Source: a virus | Lineage: Duplodnaviria > Caudoviricetes | DNA length: 52,924 bases | Direction: 5' to 3' (one strand) | Virus record (IMG/VR): IMGVR_UViG_3300045973_001495 | Coordinates: 1-52,924 of that record | In this document: piece after piece, positions 51,755-52,924 of the stretch | Numbering within the stretch: the stretch's first letter is position 1 | Layout of the letters: each line of letters begins with the position of its first letter | Notes under the pieces: generated by a model | What the model was told of the DNA's origin: nothing | Database searches by the model: none | Seen by the model: the letters and a program-made list of their open reading frames with translations, nothing else | Program-made: the position numbers and the translations under genes

Positions 51755-52034
51755 GTTTCTGAAGTGCCACCCCGAGACTGTCCGATTAAAAGCGCCCCGC
51801 CAAAAAGTGGGGCGTTGTCTTGTCTACCTAGAGCAAGACTTGATCGACTTACTAAAGGGATACAATCCGCAGACGCGGCAAGCGTCGGCAGGAAAGGAAA
51901 TAGAATGCCGCTCTACAAACAGCCAAAGTCAGATTATTGGCACATTGATGTCGTCGCGCCAAACGGCAAACGAGTTAGACGCTCTACTGGCACGACCGAC
52001 AAGCAGCAAGCGCAGGAGTACCACGACCGCGTAA
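51723..52034 (+). CDS. xis: Excisionase-like HTH protein
   Basis: YTLKEAAEFLKCHPETVR...KVGR; overlaps the int 5' end. Confidence 0.75.
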   Translation: MRTYTLKEAAEFLKCHPETVRLKAPRQKVGRCLVYLEQDLIDLLKGYNPQTRQASAGKEIECRSTNSQSQIIGTLMSSRQTANELDALLARPTSSKRRSTTTA

Positions 52035-52924
52035 AGAATGACCTTTGGCGAAGTCACCACCTTGGCGATAAGCCGCAACGGTCATTCGATGAGGCGGCGC
52101 TGCGCTGGCTACGCGAGAAATCGCATAAGCGCTCTTTAAAAGACGACAAAGTAATCATCAAGTGGTTTCGTCAGCACCTAACCATGCCCCTGCACGAAAT
52201 ACGCGGGAGCATGGCGCTGGAACTGGTTGGCAAGCTGGACGTAAGCAATGCGCGGCGCAACAAGTATTTGGCCGTGCTGCGTGCCATTCTCAAGCGAGCG
52301 GAAACAGCTTGGGAATGGATCGACAAAGCGCCCAGCTTCACCCTGCTGCCAACTAGTAAGCGCCGGATTCGCTCGCTATCAAAGGAGAAAGTGCAGCGCT
52401 TGATTGCTGAACTTCCCGACCACCAGCGCAAGGTTGTGCTTTTTGCGCTAGCAACCGGACTCAGGCAATCAAACGTGCTTGGCTTAACTTGGGATCATGT
52501 TGACCTAGTGCGCCGGGTTGCTTGGGTGGATGCCGAGGATTTCAAAACGGACATTGACCACGGTGTACCGCTGAACGATACCGCTGTCAGCATCATCCGG
52601 CAGTGTATCGGCCAGCATCAAACGCACGTTTTCACATACCGCAACAAGCCAATCACCCAAGCCAATACAAAAGCATGGAGAGCTGCACTCGTCCGTGCTG
52701 GCATTGAGTCGTTCCGCTGGCATGACTTGCGCCACGTTGCGGCAACTTGGATGGTGGAAGACGGCACGCCGCTTTTCGCTGTTCAAGAAATGTTTGGCTG
52801 GAAATCTGAGTCAATGGTTAGGCGTTACGCGCATCTTTCAACACAGCATTTAGCTGTCCACGCGAGCGGGTTGGATACCCGTCTAAGTCATAATCTTGCC
52901 ATACCAAAAAAGAAAACCCGCTAG
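51905..52924 (+). CDS. int: Tyrosine integrase
   Basis: RRSTGT arm-binding domain, TGLRQSN, K, WHDLRH, FGW and RYAH catalytic residues. Confidence 0.95.
   Translation: MPLYKQPKSDYWHIDVVAPNGKRVRRSTGTTDKQQAQEYHDRVKNDLWRSHHLGDKPQRSFDEAALRWLREKSHKRSLKDDKVIIKWFRQHLTMPLHEIRGSMALELVGKLDVSNARRNKYLAVLRAILKRAETAWEWIDKAPSFTLLPTSKRRIRSLSKEKVQRLIAELPDHQRKVVLFALATGLRQSNVLGLTWDHVDLVRRVAWVDAEDFKTDIDHGVPLNDTAVSIIRQCIGQHQTHVFTYRNKPITQANTKAWRAALVRAGIESFRWHDLRHVAATWMVEDGTPLFAVQEMFGWKSESMVRRYAHLSTQHLAVHASGLDTRLSHNLAIPKKKTR

Larger units (their letters stand above)
1..52924. mobile_element. Temperate podovirus-like phage / prophage, nearly complete (left end truncated)
   Basis: Contiguous terminase, portal, capsid, tail, lysis, immunity, replication and xis/int modules. 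No tape-measure or sheath gene and no host housekeeping genes recognised. Confidence 0.95.

Noticed and set aside
51723-52034. xis-int overlap as a programmed frameshift
   Set aside because: int has its own plausible ATG at 51905 with a purine-rich upstream region, and such overlaps are common.
52860-52924. att site
   Set aside because: The window ends at the int stop codon and the other phage end is absent, so no duplicated core can be shown.

Overview
The window holds a nearly complete temperate tailed phage or prophage with a short-tailed (podovirus-like) gene set. It starts inside a late gene and ends exactly at the integrase stop codon. The left arm (minus strand, ~38.1 kb to 1) runs: cro, cII-like, prim-pol primase, putative origin, rusA, Q-like regulator, terS, terL, portal, scaffold, N4-gp56-type major capsid, adaptor/nozzle, short tail-fibre genes, a permuted papain amidase and lysis genes (M15 endolysin, holin, spanins). 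It then continues with putative ejection proteins, including a 2260-aa polyvalent protein (LPD1-like zincin, a PRTase nested in a second HExxH domain, GNAT) and an LPD38-like 982-aa protein. The centre has a CI-like repressor lacking an S24 peptidase, converging on a DUF2513-like protein that carries an inserted HTH paralogous to the repressor's. The right arm (plus strand) has a pL-like promoter with a long structured leader, a Sak4/SSB/Cas4-like nuclease/helicase module, a c4-like antisense RNA with a BRO antirepressor, small accessory genes joined by junction repeats (including a PAPS-reductase-family gene), xis and int. The most notable signals are the HTH-in-DUF2513 fusion, the nested cargo domains of the giant protein followed by in-frame terminator-like hairpins, a three-copy non-coding late element and the gene-junction repeats. 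Family assignments come from motif recognition by eye; no searches were run.
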